NCBI GenBank assembly: GCA_951406725.2
Contig: OX597826.1
Span: 81,282,001 to 81,346,000 of the forward strand
Direction: 5' to 3'
DNA: 64,000 nt
DNA from: Octopus vulgaris
Taxonomy: Eukaryota
Shown: piece after piece, positions 37,923-50,645 of the stretch
Layout: each line of letters opens with the position of its first letter
Position numbering within the stretch: position 1 is the stretch's first letter
Position numbers and translations under genes: made by a program
The notes under the pieces: model-generated
Told to the model about the DNA's origin: nothing
The model's database searches: none
Seen by the model: the letters and a program-made list of their open reading frames with translations, nothing else

Positions 37923-39470
37923 TGTGACGCCAACGGTCAAGTAACTTGACCAGAACAGGAAGGAGGAGTGAGGGAAGCAAGACCAGGGTCATCTTCTTTC
38001 GGCCTGGTGCAGTCATCATGAACGGAGGTCAGTGGAGCAAGCTAGCAGGATCGCTAGTAACATTAGGTGAAACAAGTAGGGATGGATGCGAAATTTTTTT
38101 CCCACGAAAGTTCCGGACTTCAGTTATGAACTCATTTGCATACAGCCAATCAGAGCTCAATTATGAAACTAATTTATGAGCACATAACAAGTGATGGGGG
38201 ATAGGATAAGGTCACTCGGGTAAGGAATGACCATACTTCTTTTCTCTTTTAATAATATTTGCTGTTCTTGTTTGTGTTTCATCCATGGCTGCCTCTGTGG
38301 AGTTATTTGTGTTGTTTACTTTGTAACACAATTAAGGGAGAGGGTTGTTAGCACATCACCCTCTACCCACATCTTTACCATATGGGGCCCTAACAAAATC
38401 TGATAACAGGTACAGATGCAAATCTAATTACTTGTCTCCTTCTAAAACCAGGCACAATTTGGCGATCGGTCGACTTACAAGACCGTTCTTCGTCTTGAGT
38501 TTACTTGGTAGAATCTGTTTGTTTGTTAACTTGACATGGTCAAGGTGAGCTCGGATTGGCTGTATGCAAATGAGCTCATTACTGGGGGCCAGAACTCCTG
38601 TGGGGAAAAAAGAAATATTTCACAGGCTGGACAGCCAACAACGAGAGATAGATGAACCATATCTTATTTTCTTACATTACAGTTCCCTCGTCTCACAAGC
38701 TATTTTGGCTCTCGTGTATAAATGTATTTTTCTATTGTTGTTATTCCCTCCCACGAGATGGCAGCAATGCTGTCAGACATTTCTATAGCGAAGGAGATGT
38801 AGTCACCTGGATCTGTACAAGGCATTGACAATGTAGCAGGTCTCATGGCCCTGTACTTGGAGGGAAGCGCATTGGCGTTGTGGACGAGGAAGACCAATTG
38901 AGTGCAGCAAAGATCAAGCAGCACTTGGAAGAAACCTATATGGAAGGCACATACGCTGCGTTTGCTAAGCAGGAACGGTCAAGTGGACTGGGGAACAGGT
39001 CGATGAGTATGCCTCGGAGGCTCGGAGATTTGTCGTGCTATCCAGTTTTGCTGGAGTGGGTCTAGAGAAGGCGGCACAACCGGCCTTCATGGCGATTGAT
39101 TGGTGTGCCTGCAACAACGAGAAAATGGTGATGAATGAGCTCATCGCTCAAGCCAATGTGTCGACACAAAATACCGCGATGTAGTGTAATGACCAGTGAA
39201 GAACAAGGAGAAAAAACTGCTGTGGAGCAACGGCAACCGTTCATAGGTCAGTGCTTCAAGTGCCTAGGACTGCGTGGAGACGAAGCCTGGACACATTTGC
39301 TATTGGTGCAGCCAGAGAAAAGGCCATGGGGAAGTTGCTGCCTGTCAAATCAGTGCCACTGATTTGAAATTCGTATATGACAAAATACATGTTCTAGTCG
39401 ATGCTACAATGTTATTGACTAAGCCCTTCTCCTCAAATATTCCAAAACTCTGTTCAAATTAGAAATATTT
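37923..39470 (+). mobile_element. Gypsy-like LTR plus gag remnant
   Basis: TGTGAC start, TGGCAGC PBS-like site near 38759, fragments GLMALYLEGSALA, DQLSAAKIKQHLEE and GQCFKC. Confidence 0.5.
38087..38624. mobile_element. MITE with ~70-bp TIRs carrying octamer and CCAAT motifs
   Basis: ctcATTTGCATacagCCAATc.gagctc in inverted orientation at both ends; flanks ggatgga/ggctgga (7-bp TSD, 1 mismatch). Confidence 0.7.
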
Positions 39471-39999
39471 ACAAGTGGTTCCAAAGCCATTCTAGATCAC
39501 TGATTTTGCCATACCAGTGATAGTCATTATGGTCGAGACAGTTCAAATGAAACATATTAAATTTATAAAACTAATGAAATACAGGTGTTTGTACGACAGC
39601 GTAAATTAGCGTAGATAATCAGGTGTCTCGGACCACCAGTGTCCGAAAAGCAAGTATTTATCAGCCCCGGGTTAGCCCGACATAGCGGACATATGATAGA
39701 ATATATTCCAACCAAGACAATTCGGTTCTTTCTGTAGGATTATATCCAGCTACACATAATCAACTAATAACGCCTCTATTACAAGACTGGACGGTGTGGT
39801 TTGAGGGTCACAATTTATTGGAAGTTGTATAAGCACATAGGACCGTTTCTTTACTCTTTCATTGCTGTTTAACCCAAGAACACATCTTGGCCATACTGCA
39901 TTAAAATTTTATTAATTCATTTTACTTTTTATCTGTTGTACGATGCTCGCCAAACTCAGCTGAACGATTACGAAACTTTGGTTAACACTAAATCTCTAT

Positions 40000-40136
40000 A
40001 TTTTCCCATCTTCTTGTTTATAAATGTCTTTCTTAATTTTCTTTCTTCCGTTCACCAATTCCTCTGCAACTATTTCCGGCCAAGTTTTTCCTCTCATGTT
40101 AATCGACTTTATCAACGATATATAAATGAAAAAGAA
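40000..40136 (+). promoter_or_regulatory. Putative first exon/promoter of ZNF4
   Basis: tttccggccaag..ttcctctcatgtt...aaagaa|GTAAGTATTTATAG, homologous to ZNF2/ZNF3. Intron 40137-41640 ends TCTTTTCAG. Confidence 0.62.
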
Positions 40137-42009
40137 GTAAGTATTTATAGTGTTTAAATTTCCATTTTCTTTTATATTTTTCTTCCACTGCGGGTGGCAA
40201 TGGACAAAAAACCTTCCCACCCTTTTTATACATAACCAAGCACGACCATTTCCTTAATGTGAGCAATCTTTCCTATTTGCTAATACTTTAACCGTTGATA
40301 AATTCACTTGGACGTCTCTCGATTCGGGGCTTTGTTTCCTTGCTGGGAATTTCTTTTCTAATTCTAGTATAGTTTCACCTATGAGAAGTAAGCGAACAAT
40401 GTAAGTTCCCACGAGCATCCAACCTTAAAAGTCCTCTGTTATGGCTTGATGGTCCATAATGAACAACAGGAGTCTGATTCCCGGTGCACTGCCACCTTCT
40501 CGCTGTATTTACAGCTATATTCTTTACTAACTGCACCTCTGTATATGGTTTGTGCAGCTCTCGTGAGGCATCCTTTATCTACTCCAAACTTCGTCAGTGA
40601 CCACCAGATCACAACCGTGAAACGTCGTCCAAGTTGTTCTCTAGGTCAACAATGGCTTTGTATAGGGGCTTATTTCTAGTTGATGTTACAACAGCAGTGT
40701 CACTAGGAGATAGAAGTACTTCGTTCATGTCCAAAAGTAAACTGTATCTCGTTTATGTTGTCCCATGCTACAACTCCTCCGATCTCCATAACATAATTGT
40801 TTGATGTGTGTCTAATGTATTCTCTTGCGTGCATCGTTGTTGCTCTTGTAGGATTTGGCAATGATGCTGGTACATTACTTGATGTGAAATGTTCCTATGC
40901 CTGTGATTTGTCCATACCAAACTCTGACACATATTTTAAGCATGTCAACATGTATTATTATTTTGTAACGATTAAAACCTTTATTACTTGAAAGAGTTCC
41001 TCGCAGTCATTTCCATTCTTTCAGAAACTAGACTTAGCTTAAATCGTTAGTAATTTTGTGAGGACAGATTTTTAAAATCCAATCTTCCATCTAGAACATC
41101 AACAATTTGTCCATTTCGTGGACAGTCCTTGATGCCTCTTTAATTACTGGTCGGTCATAGCTACTAGTGGTCATAAATGAAGGACAATCTGTATATGTTC
41201 ATGTACGATATCATAAGTATATTTATTTATGAACTATAATATAAATGCACACAGACAACTAAAAGGGGTTTTTTTTTCAGGAAGAGCTTACAGCTATATG
41301 TTTTTCGTGTCAGTGACATGTGAAAGACACCCAGTACATTATGTAAAGTAGTTGGTGTTAGGAAGGGCACTTAGCTGTAGAAACCAAGCCAAAAGAGAAA
41401 ACTGGAACCTGGTGTCGCTCTCTGGCTTACCAGCTCTGGTCAAACCTAATCCATGCCAACTCAATATGTACTCTCTACTCTGTTATGTCTTCATGTATAA
41501 ATGTAGTGATGTGCAGAACCTCAGTTGTTTAGATAAATGTTTACTTCTACAGTTTATAGAAATTAAATAAAATTTCTGCTGTAGAATCTCTACTATTTCA
41601 GTATTCTCCACACCTTATACAGTTTCTCTTATCTTTTCAGGGTACCAGCTCTCACTGACATTAAAAGTTATTTACATCATCGATGCTTATCTTTTTGAGA
41701 CAGTGGAAAATGTTATACAGAACAAATGTAACCAGGTTTCATATAAACCCGGTGAATTAAGGTGAAATGTTTCCTCTGGATGAGATTATTAGCAACATTT
41801 GTGTATGTCGCTGTCTAGAATGAGCAGGAGATAATTTTGTGTTTTAAGTAGACTTAAATATATTTACAAAGGACTTTGCTGCATTGATCACAGTTGATGG
41901 ACATATAGCATATTTGTTAGAAAAAGAAAATACGAAACATGTATTGTAGAGAGAAGAAAAATGATGATGAAATGAGTTAAAAAATGGATTTTTTTTTAAT
42001 CCTTAAGAG

Positions 42010-42750
42010 ATGGCAAAAAATTTAAGAAAGTCTTTATATATATGTGATATCTGTAACAAGTCATTCACTAAACAATATCATCTAACTACTCATATACGTA
42101 TTCATACAGGAGAGAGACCTTATCACTGTGATATCTGTGGGAAATCATTCAGTCAAAGTGGTGAGTTAACTATTCACAAACGTCTTCATACAGGAGAGAA
42201 GCCATATCATTGTGATATCTGTGGTCAGTCGTTCATTCGTAAAGATATTTTAACTACACACAGACGTATTCACACAGGAGAGAAACCGTATCAGTGTGAT
42301 ATGTGCAGTAAATCATTTGCTAAAAGTACTAACTTAACTGATCACAAACGCATTCATACAGGAGAAAAACCATATCATTGTGATTTTTGTGGTAGATCAT
42401 TCAATCAAAATAATCAGTTAATTAAACACAAACGTATTCATACAGGAGAAAAGCCCTATCACTGTGATATCTGTGACAAATCATTCTCTCGTAATGATGA
42501 GTTAATTGCTCACAAACACATTCATACAGGAGAGAGACCATATCAGTGTGATAGCTGTGGTAAGTCATTCCCTCGAAATGGTCAGTTAACTGCACACAAA
42601 CGCATTCATACTGGAGAAAAACGATTTCCTTGTGATATCTGTGGTAAAGCTTTCAATCAAAGTAATGTTTTAAAGGGACACAAACGAACTCATTCTGGGA
42701 AAAAAGCATTGATAACAATTGATATAAGTGGTAAGTCCTTTTCTCAATAA
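42010..42750 (+). CDS. C2H2 zinc-finger protein (ZNF4), 246 aa, 8 fingers
   Basis: Tandem fingers starting MAKNLRK; degenerate ninth finger at the end. Confidence 0.93.
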   Translation: MAKNLRKSLYICDICNKSFTKQYHLTTHIRIHTGERPYHCDICGKSFSQSGELTIHKRLHTGEKPYHCDICGQSFIRKDILTTHRRIHTGEKPYQCDMCSKSFAKSTNLTDHKRIHTGEKPYHCDFCGRSFNQNNQLIKHKRIHTGEKPYHCDICDKSFSRNDELIAHKHIHTGERPYQCDSCGKSFPRNGQLTAHKRIHTGEKRFPCDICGKAFNQSNVLKGHKRTHSGKKALITIDISGKSFSQ

Positions 42751-43144
42751 TAAGTCAACTAAGCACAAGAGTAATGGCATGAAGAAAACTATATAACTAG
42801 TATTTGTTTAAACCATTCTCTTAGTATTTAACTATTCACATCTGTATTGCATGAAACAAACCAACTCAGTGACATTTGTGGTTTTTCTTTCTATATATAT
42901 GCATGTTCATACCAAAGCATGACAACTAAACAATTCTTTCTGGTATAGGAATAAGCTCTGAAAGTTTTGTGGGGTGAGTTGATGATATAAACTTCAGTGT
43001 TCAACCGGTACTTATTTTATCAACCTCGAAAGGATAAGAAACAAAGTCACTCTTGGTGAATTTTGAACTCAGAACATGGACAAAATGACAACTAAATAAT
43101 AATGAATCAATGAACCAAAATATTTCATCATACTGTAATCGTAT

Positions 43145-43955
43145 CCATGGTGTGGTGAATATATTGTCGGCTAAATTACACAAAAATGAACATAACACTG
43201 ACATCTCATTTTAAAAGATATATTTACCAAAATTACACAAAAATATCTTGAAATACTAAAGAGTAAATTTATTTAATAAAGTCGCCTTTGGCTTCAGCCA
43301 TGGCTTCCAGACGACTTTGGAATCTCCTGCAACTCTTCTGGATGGTCTCCTTGTTTAAGTTGGTGACGCTGCCATAATCATTGCCTTCAGTTCATCTTTG
43401 GGGTTGCAAGGAGTTGTGTTGGTCTCTCATTCAACTGTGCACCACACATAATCAAGAGGGTTGCAGTCTGATAGCCATGACTGGGTTTTCTGCTTGTGTA
43501 GCATGGTGTGGAGTGCTGTTGCCAGACATAAGGTTTTTCCAGCAGCTGACCTCTTGACCCAGAACAGCACTACCTCCTCCAGGCACTTAATGTAGGCTTC
43601 CATGTTGAATCTAAGGCTGTGTGGGAAGTTGAATGGAGGCATAACGTTGTCGTCACTAGTGATCACTCCAAATACCATCATGTTGACTGGATGTGATTTT
43701 ATCATTCTCAGTACACGTCTTCAGATTGACACCCAAACACTCTGAAATGTTAGTATTGGAGCTTTTGGCACCAATGCCAAACAGTACAGCATGTCGTTTC
43801 GAAATTTCTAGCAGAATGAATTTCATCATGGCACTATTTTTCTCACAGGCTGTGCCCAACTGACCCTACTATACTGTATAATTGACAAAATCTCAAGAAT
43901 ACAATGCATGAAATTAAAAATATAAAATGGCAACAATTTACCCATTCCACCCTGT
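43145..43955 (-). mobile_element. Tc1/mariner-superfamily (maT/DD37D-like) remnant
   Basis: TA+CAGGGTG terminus at 43955; SHPVNMMVFGVITSDDNVMPPF...DCNPLDYVW. Confidence 0.75.
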
Positions 43956-44211
43956 ACATTTTGATGGTAAATTCATATTTTATGTGTGTTATGTATTTTC
44001 TTGTTTTTTTATATATAATATTTATTTCATTAAGGGACTAGTTCTGTTAGTAACATTTATTTTTTTCCTGGCATGGTTCCTTCATGACTTTAAAGTGAAA
44101 CTTAATTTTCATTCTTGTCACCATGGTCTTTACATAAAAGCAAAAATTGCTGGAGTAATTTTTTTGATTATCATTGTCCATGTTTTTATGTTGGAATGTG
44201 TTGGAGCATAT

Positions 44212-44680
44212 TTTCTCAAACATTTTGTCATTTCAAACTGTAAATCTCAGAATCCAGGGTTCTTAATGCACCAATCATCATCATCATCATCATCATCGTT
44301 TAACGTCCGCTTTCCATGCTAGCATGGGTTGGACGGTTCAACTGGGGTCTGGCAAGCCCGAAGGCTGCACCAGGCCAGTCAGATCTGGCAGTGTTTCTAC
44401 AGCTGGATGCCCTTCCTAACGCCAACCACTCCGAGAGTGTAGTGGGTGATTTTATGTGCCACCGACACAGGTGCCAGACGAGGCTGGCAGACGGCCAATC
44501 TTTGTAAATATTCATAACAATTTGAAATCTAAATAAAGTTGGTTTGCTCTTATATTCTTCTTTTCTTATTTTATATTTAGAACATCTAATTAAGTCTCTG
44601 CTATAAATTCTGCACAGAACTTACTAACTTGATCAATGTATGATGAAAGCTGCACATTTTTTAAACTGATTTTCACCAAC
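44212..44680 (+). other. Conserved downstream module of ZNF4, split by an RTE tail insertion (about 44276-44495)
   Basis: Module halves rejoin at ccaatc, which is present on both sides of the insert; AATAAA at 44532. Confidence 0.72.
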
Positions 44681-45711
44681 TGCTTACTTTTAACCCTCTA
44701 TAATTTATTGACATTATTTGATACAAGATTTGATCTGATATTATGAGGAAATGAATGAGATATTGTAGATGAAATGGTGATGAGAGTGGCATCATAGTGG
44801 AGATGTAATGTAGTGAGTTGGTTGATGAGAGCCAAGTGAGAGGCTGTCTAAGGACAAGATATTTCCCATTTTCAGATAATGTTAAAAAGTGATAATCACC
44901 ATTTCACACACATATTGTTATATAGAAACCGATATGCTGTTTGTATCAAGAACAAACAACATAACACAGTAACTGTGTATATAAGATAGTGCATATAAGC
45001 CTTGCAATTTTTAGAAACAGAATTACTGAATTACTGGAAACCTTATTTCTTTTGGCGAATGCTGTTAGCATCGTGTGAAAAATAATTTGGATAGACAACA
45101 TTTCTCATTCACTCTGTGAAAACATTTTTTTAGCACGAGTGCACATCCTCACATTTACAGCTATAAATAAAAAGGAGTTTGGATTTCACTATTTAACCAT
45201 TTTCGAGTTGAGCATAGTTTATGTTTTGCTTCAAATTATTCAGCAAAGTTAAACCATTTCTTTAAACTTATACATTTTTAGGAGTAAAATTAGAGTCTGT
45301 GTAAAGCCATCTTTAATATTTTTCTTTGGGAAGGCATTGCTGTGCTGACCATATTTAAATGAGAATCAGTAGAAAATAGTAACTGTAACATACTAAAATG
45401 GTTCCATTGCAGAATATTGCCAAGAGCAACAAATTCAAGACATAAAGTCATTTCTCTTTTAATTTGCTTTTAAGAACAATGGATAGGATTTACATTTTCG
45501 GTAATGTAAAATTACAAATTATTGTGAAATGAGGTGTTGAAGAGTGGCATATATTAACCCAAGTATATTATTATTATTACTTATTAATTAACTTCAGTTT
45601 AATGAAATCACTAGTTAAACTTAGTAAGAATCAAACTGGACAAAATACCGGATTTGAAACAGACTGTTAAGTAATTGTTTGTTATGTAAAGAAATGGTCT
45701 GTATTTTTACC

Positions 45712-46022
45712 AGTCCTGCTGCGTGGCACCTTGGGCGTCTTCTGCTATAGCCTCGGGCCGACCAAAGTCTTGTGGGTGGAATTGGTAGATGGAAACTGAA
45801 AGAAGTTCATCCTATATTTATATATGTATGTATGTGTGTGTTTGTCCACCCCCAACATCACTTAACAACCGATGCTGGTGTGTTTATGTCCCCATAACTT
45901 AGCAGTTTGGCAAAAAAGAGCAATAGAATAAGTACTAGACTTACAAAGAATGTCCTGGATTTGATTTGCTTGACTGAAGGCAGTGCTCCAACATGGCCGT
46001 ATTCAAAATGACTGAAACAAAA
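45712..46022 (+). mobile_element. SINE family A
   Basis: Homologous to 5817-6145. Confidence 0.8.
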
Positions 46023-46129
46023 TGTAAATTATTGAGGAAGAAATTTGTTAGCTCCAAAACCTTTATGGTAGTTTCATCAGGCTAAACTGTTTGTATCCAA
46101 TTTAGCTCATTATTACTCTGTATAGCATT

Positions 46130-48647
46130 AATGAACAGAAAACCTCTTTTCTTCACCATTTTAATTTACGCACGTATATTAAAGCATTATTGTTTGGAAA
46201 ATGGTGAATTAAAGTTGATTGGATTAATTTATTTTTAATTTGTCCTGGCAGAAATTTGTCAGTCCAAGTTGTGCTTTGGGATCTGAGCAAACATTACAAG
46301 TCAAGGCAGGGGTACGTTGTGCAAGGCATTTGGGTATCCTGACTTCTGGAGTTATCATTAGTAGTCTACATTGTGGCTTTCTTTAGTGTATATATGTATG
46401 TTAAACAAAACTGTGTTTGTAATTATACTTCATAAATTTGATGTTGGAAATTCTCTTATCCAAATCAGTTTCTCATCTTAAAATTTGGGGTGGGTTGGTG
46501 ATGGAGGGTGAAATTCCATTGTTTTTGCTTTAAAAAATTGCTGACTCAGAATCATGATTTTCAAATTTTAAATTTAAGTCATCACAAACATATTAGGTTA
46601 TGTTTAAAAACTCCTTATTTTTTTTTTTTGTTAACGTAAGTTTTATATTCTTGAATATGTTTAACAAATCTTCATCTGTTGTAAGCTTTAGAGTTTATCA
46701 TTTTAGAGAAATCAGAAAAGGAGAAATGCGAACAACGCAAGTATAATTTGAAATTGGGTCCAGGCTAGCCCTGGCGGTAATTTCGAAATCGATTTTAGAT
46801 GACCGGGTGGTAACTTGAAATGTAGGGAACGTTGAAGGCTTTACACCGGGCTATTATCATCGTCATCGTCGGCGGAATGATTACGAAACTGTGGTTGACA
46901 ATAAACCTCTGTCTCCTTTTATGTTAATTGCATTCGTTTCCCTGATTTTCGCCGATTCCGACCAAAGTCTGCTGCAACGATTGCCAAAGATGTCATAGTG
47001 TTAGCCAAGCGAATTAACATTATGTAAAGAAAACGTGAGTATTTAAAGGAAATTCAAAACTACATAAATTATTTCCAAGCGGAGTGTTTCGGAATCCCAC
47101 ATCGACAAGTACCTGCTGCCCATCAAGTACCGTCAGCTATTCTGAAGCTCCACCGTTCTCAATATTTCCGCCGTTTCTCCTTTGCAATTTTCACTTTCTG
47201 TAGATTTCTTTCCCACCCATAGCTACACCTCGGACTCCGCATAGAAATCCCACCCTACTCTACCATAGTCAATTCCTTCTCGATGGGAACAGGGTCTTCT
47301 CTTCTTTCCTACTTACTAATACATTAATTTTCGCTGTCTGTCGATTGTTTCCATGCTTGAAAGGGAGTAGAGCATCAGAATAAGGGGCTACCCCTTAGCA
47401 GCCGGCCTTAAAGTCTTTTGTTGGGGCTTAGAGAACTATAATGAACAGAAACTGAAGAGAGAGAGAGAGGGTCCTGGTGCAATCCCCTCTTCCCGCTGAA
47501 TTCGTAGCCATACTCTTTCTTAAGTCTCACTTTGCTCCCTATACATCGCTTGTGTGGCTCTCACAAGGCATTATTCAGCTATTCCAGATGTCTTCGGTTT
47601 TCACCAGACCACAGCTATGAACCCTATCATAGTTACTTGGGCAACAAATGCTAGGTGTAGGGGCCAAGTCATGGCTAGATACTTCTCGGTTTTGGCACTA
47701 AATAACATTGCTTTATATAAATATCAGTCACTTCTTGAAAAAGGATTTTCAATGTCAACTACCTAAACAACAACAATTCGTTGCAGGCGTAATTTTCCCT
47801 TTTCATTTGCAAAGTTTGTCACTGTCCATTAATGTTTTCATTCGCTATTTGCAAACAACTACGACAAATTACTGAAAGAAATATTTACTACAAATTTAAA
47901 TCTTTGATATAAGATAGTTTTTACCAGTAAGGTAATAAATATTGTTTGTTGGTCAGAGATGTGTTTATGCAAAACTAGAAACAAATGATGTTTTTCGATT
48001 GGTAGTGACCCTTGCTTCCAACAATCAAGACAAGTAGACATTTCTTTTCTGTGGTATGATATGTATCTCTATTAGATGTTTATCTCTGCTCTGTTATATA
48101 TGAAATAATGTTGTGATACTCTGGATAGATTCAGTTATATTCTGCAATCTATCACCATAGAAATATAAATTTTTTGTTGTTCACACTGTACTGTTTAACT
48201 ATTCTTCATATCTTTTACTGTTTCTCTATCATTTCAGGTCCTTGATGAAACTGGTACCGAAATATTATCTTACATCAGAAGCATCATCGATATTTATCAG
48301 CTTTTAAAGATAAAGGAAGATTCTGTATAAGAAATATGATACTTGTATAAATCTGGGGAAGCATGGCAAAATGTTTCACTCTGGGTGAGATTATTAGCAA
48401 CATTTTTGAAGGCCACTGTCTGGAATGAGAACAAAATTCTGCATTCTAAATAAATATATTTATAAATTACTTTACATCATCTTCAGATATTGGTAAAGAC
48501 TGCAGCTGATGGGAATATAACTGAAGGAATACTTGTTAAAAATAATTTATAAAAAGAAAAGCAAGTGAAGTGTTCTTATATTGTGGAGAAATAAGAAAAA
48601 CTTATGTTATGAGTTAAAAGATTGCTTTAAATGTTTGTCCTTCAGAA
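46130..48647 (+). repeat. Upstream/promoter/intron block of ZNF5, near-identical to 58235-61292
   Basis: Colinear visual alignment apart from the CR1 insert and (GA)n length. Donor AAAC|GTGAGT at 47035; acceptor ends at 48237. Confidence 0.95.
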
Positions 48648-49592
48648 ATGGCCAAAAAATTAGGAAAGCCTTCATATGAATGTGATATCTGTAAAAAGTT
48701 ATTCACTACAAAAGGTCATCTTACTACTCATGTACGTATTCATACGGGAGAGAAACCATATCACTGTGATATCTGTGGTAGATCATTCTCTCGAACCGAT
48801 GAATTAACCACTCACAAACGTGTCCATACAGGAGAAAAACCATATAAATGTGATATCTGTGGTCAGTCATTTACACGTAGAGATATTTTAACTACACATA
48901 GACGTATTCACACAGGAGAGAAACCGTATCAGTGTGATATGTGCAGTAAATCGTTCTCCAAACGTAATAATTTAGCTGATCACAAACGCATTCATACTGG
49001 AGAAAAACCATATCATTGTGATTTTTGTGGTAGATCATTCAATCAAAATAATCAGCTAATTAAACACAAGCGTATTCATACAGGAGAAAAGCCCTATCAC
49101 TGTGATATCTGTGACAAATCATTCTCTCGAAATGATAAGCTAACTGCTCACAAACACATCCATACAGGAGAGAAACCATATCAGTGTGATATCTGTGGTA
49201 AATCATTCCCTCGAAATAGTGCCTTGACTGATCATAAACGCATTCATACTGGAGAAAAGCGATTTCATTGTGATGTTTGTGGTAAAGCATTCGTTCAAAG
49301 TAATGTTTTAAAGGGACATATACGCATTCATACTGGGGAAAAACCGTATCACTGTGATATCTGTGGTAAATCATTTGCTCAAAGTACTGATGTAACTGTA
49401 CACAAACGTATTCACACTAAAGAAAAGCCATATCATTGCGATATCTGTGGTAAATCATTCTCTCGCAGAAATTATGTAACTAAGCATAAAAGTATTCATA
49501 CAGCTTCAAGACTACATCACTGTAATATCTGTGATAAATCATTCTCTCAGCATGAGGAATTAACTAATCACATATGTGTTCCTCCATCATGA
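48648..49592 (+). CDS. C2H2 zinc-finger protein (ZNF5), 314 aa, 10 C2H2 fingers plus a terminal CxxC..HxC finger
   Basis: Intact ORF from MAKKLGK to HICVPPS. Confidence 0.95.
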   Translation: MAKKLGKPSYECDICKKLFTTKGHLTTHVRIHTGEKPYHCDICGRSFSRTDELTTHKRVHTGEKPYKCDICGQSFTRRDILTTHRRIHTGEKPYQCDMCSKSFSKRNNLADHKRIHTGEKPYHCDFCGRSFNQNNQLIKHKRIHTGEKPYHCDICDKSFSRNDKLTAHKHIHTGEKPYQCDICGKSFPRNSALTDHKRIHTGEKRFHCDVCGKAFVQSNVLKGHIRIHTGEKPYHCDICGKSFAQSTDVTVHKRIHTKEKPYHCDICGKSFSRRNYVTKHKSIHTASRLHHCNICDKSFSQHEELTNHICVPPS

Positions 49593-49753
49593 GACGAAAC
49601 ACATCATTGATTGTTTCCAGTAATTGTTTTCACTAAAATCTTTCATATGAAAGCATGACACTCACATCATACTTGCATGCATGTTCTGTACATTCTTTGA
49701 GAATATTATGTATATCCTTATTCAACATTTACTGTATGTATTGTATCAGCACT

Positions 49754-50036
49754 TGGAGGCCCATGGCCTAGTGGCTAGAGCAGTGGACTTGCGGTCAAGA
49801 GATTGTGGGTTCAAATCTCAGACCAGGCAATGTGTGTGTTTATGAGCGAAACATCTTAGCTCCATGCAGCTCTGGCAGAAGGTAATGGCAAACTTCTGCT
49901 GACTCTTTTGCCACAACTTTCTCTCACTCTTTCCACCTGCGATGGACCAGCGTCCTGTCCAGGTGGGGAACCTACACGCCAAGGAAACCGGGAAACTGGC
50001 CTCTAGGAGCCAGGCATGGCTCGAGAAGGAACAAAC
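49754..50036 (+). mobile_element. tRNA-derived SINE family C with 14-bp TSD
   Basis: A box TGGCCTAGTGG, B box GGTTCAAATCT; flanks attgtatcagcact/attgtatcaacact. Confidence 0.85.
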
Positions 50037-50059
50037 ATTGTATCAACACTCAATTCTGA

Positions 50060-50645
50060 TGATGATCTTGAGAGAAAAGTTGGGCATAAGAGGCATGAGA
50101 TGTGGTGTGAAAGAGAGATGACTGTGGTGTGTATGGACGAGGACAGCTGCGTAAAGAAGTGCCAATCTCTAACTGTGGAGGGTAGCTAGGGTAGAGGTAG
50201 ACTCAGGAATACATGGTACGAGGCAATGACTAGTGACCGAGACCTTTGACAATATGCTGTGCTTGAGAAGACTTGTCAAGCAAGGTGAAGTCGTAGTTGT
50301 GGATAATGCTGGTTGCATGTAAAAAGCAGCTTTTGAGTGTTTGACCTCACGGAGGCAATCACAGAAACCTTTGGCATTGCGCCGTGCTAGAGAATAAAAA
50401 CCATCAAGCCAAGTAAAGTCACAGTTGTGGAAGATACCGGTGTCATGCAAATGGCACCCGTAACTTAATAGCACCCATTACTCTCTCAGAGTGGTTGGCA
50501 TTAGGAAGAGCCTTCAGCTATAGAAACCATGCCAAATCAGACTGGAGTCTGGTGCAGACTTCCCGCTTACCAGCTCTGGTCAAACTGTCCAACCCATACC
50601 AACATGGACAACAGACATTAAATGATATTGATGATGATGATGATA
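50060..50645 (+). mobile_element. RTE 3' end with (GAT)n tail
   Basis: gagtggttggcattaggaag...aacccat...gatgatgatg. Confidence 0.75.

Noticed and set aside
47554-47766. 70-aa ORF repeated at 60209
   Set aside because: GTG start, inside the duplicated intron; identity no higher than the surrounding DNA.
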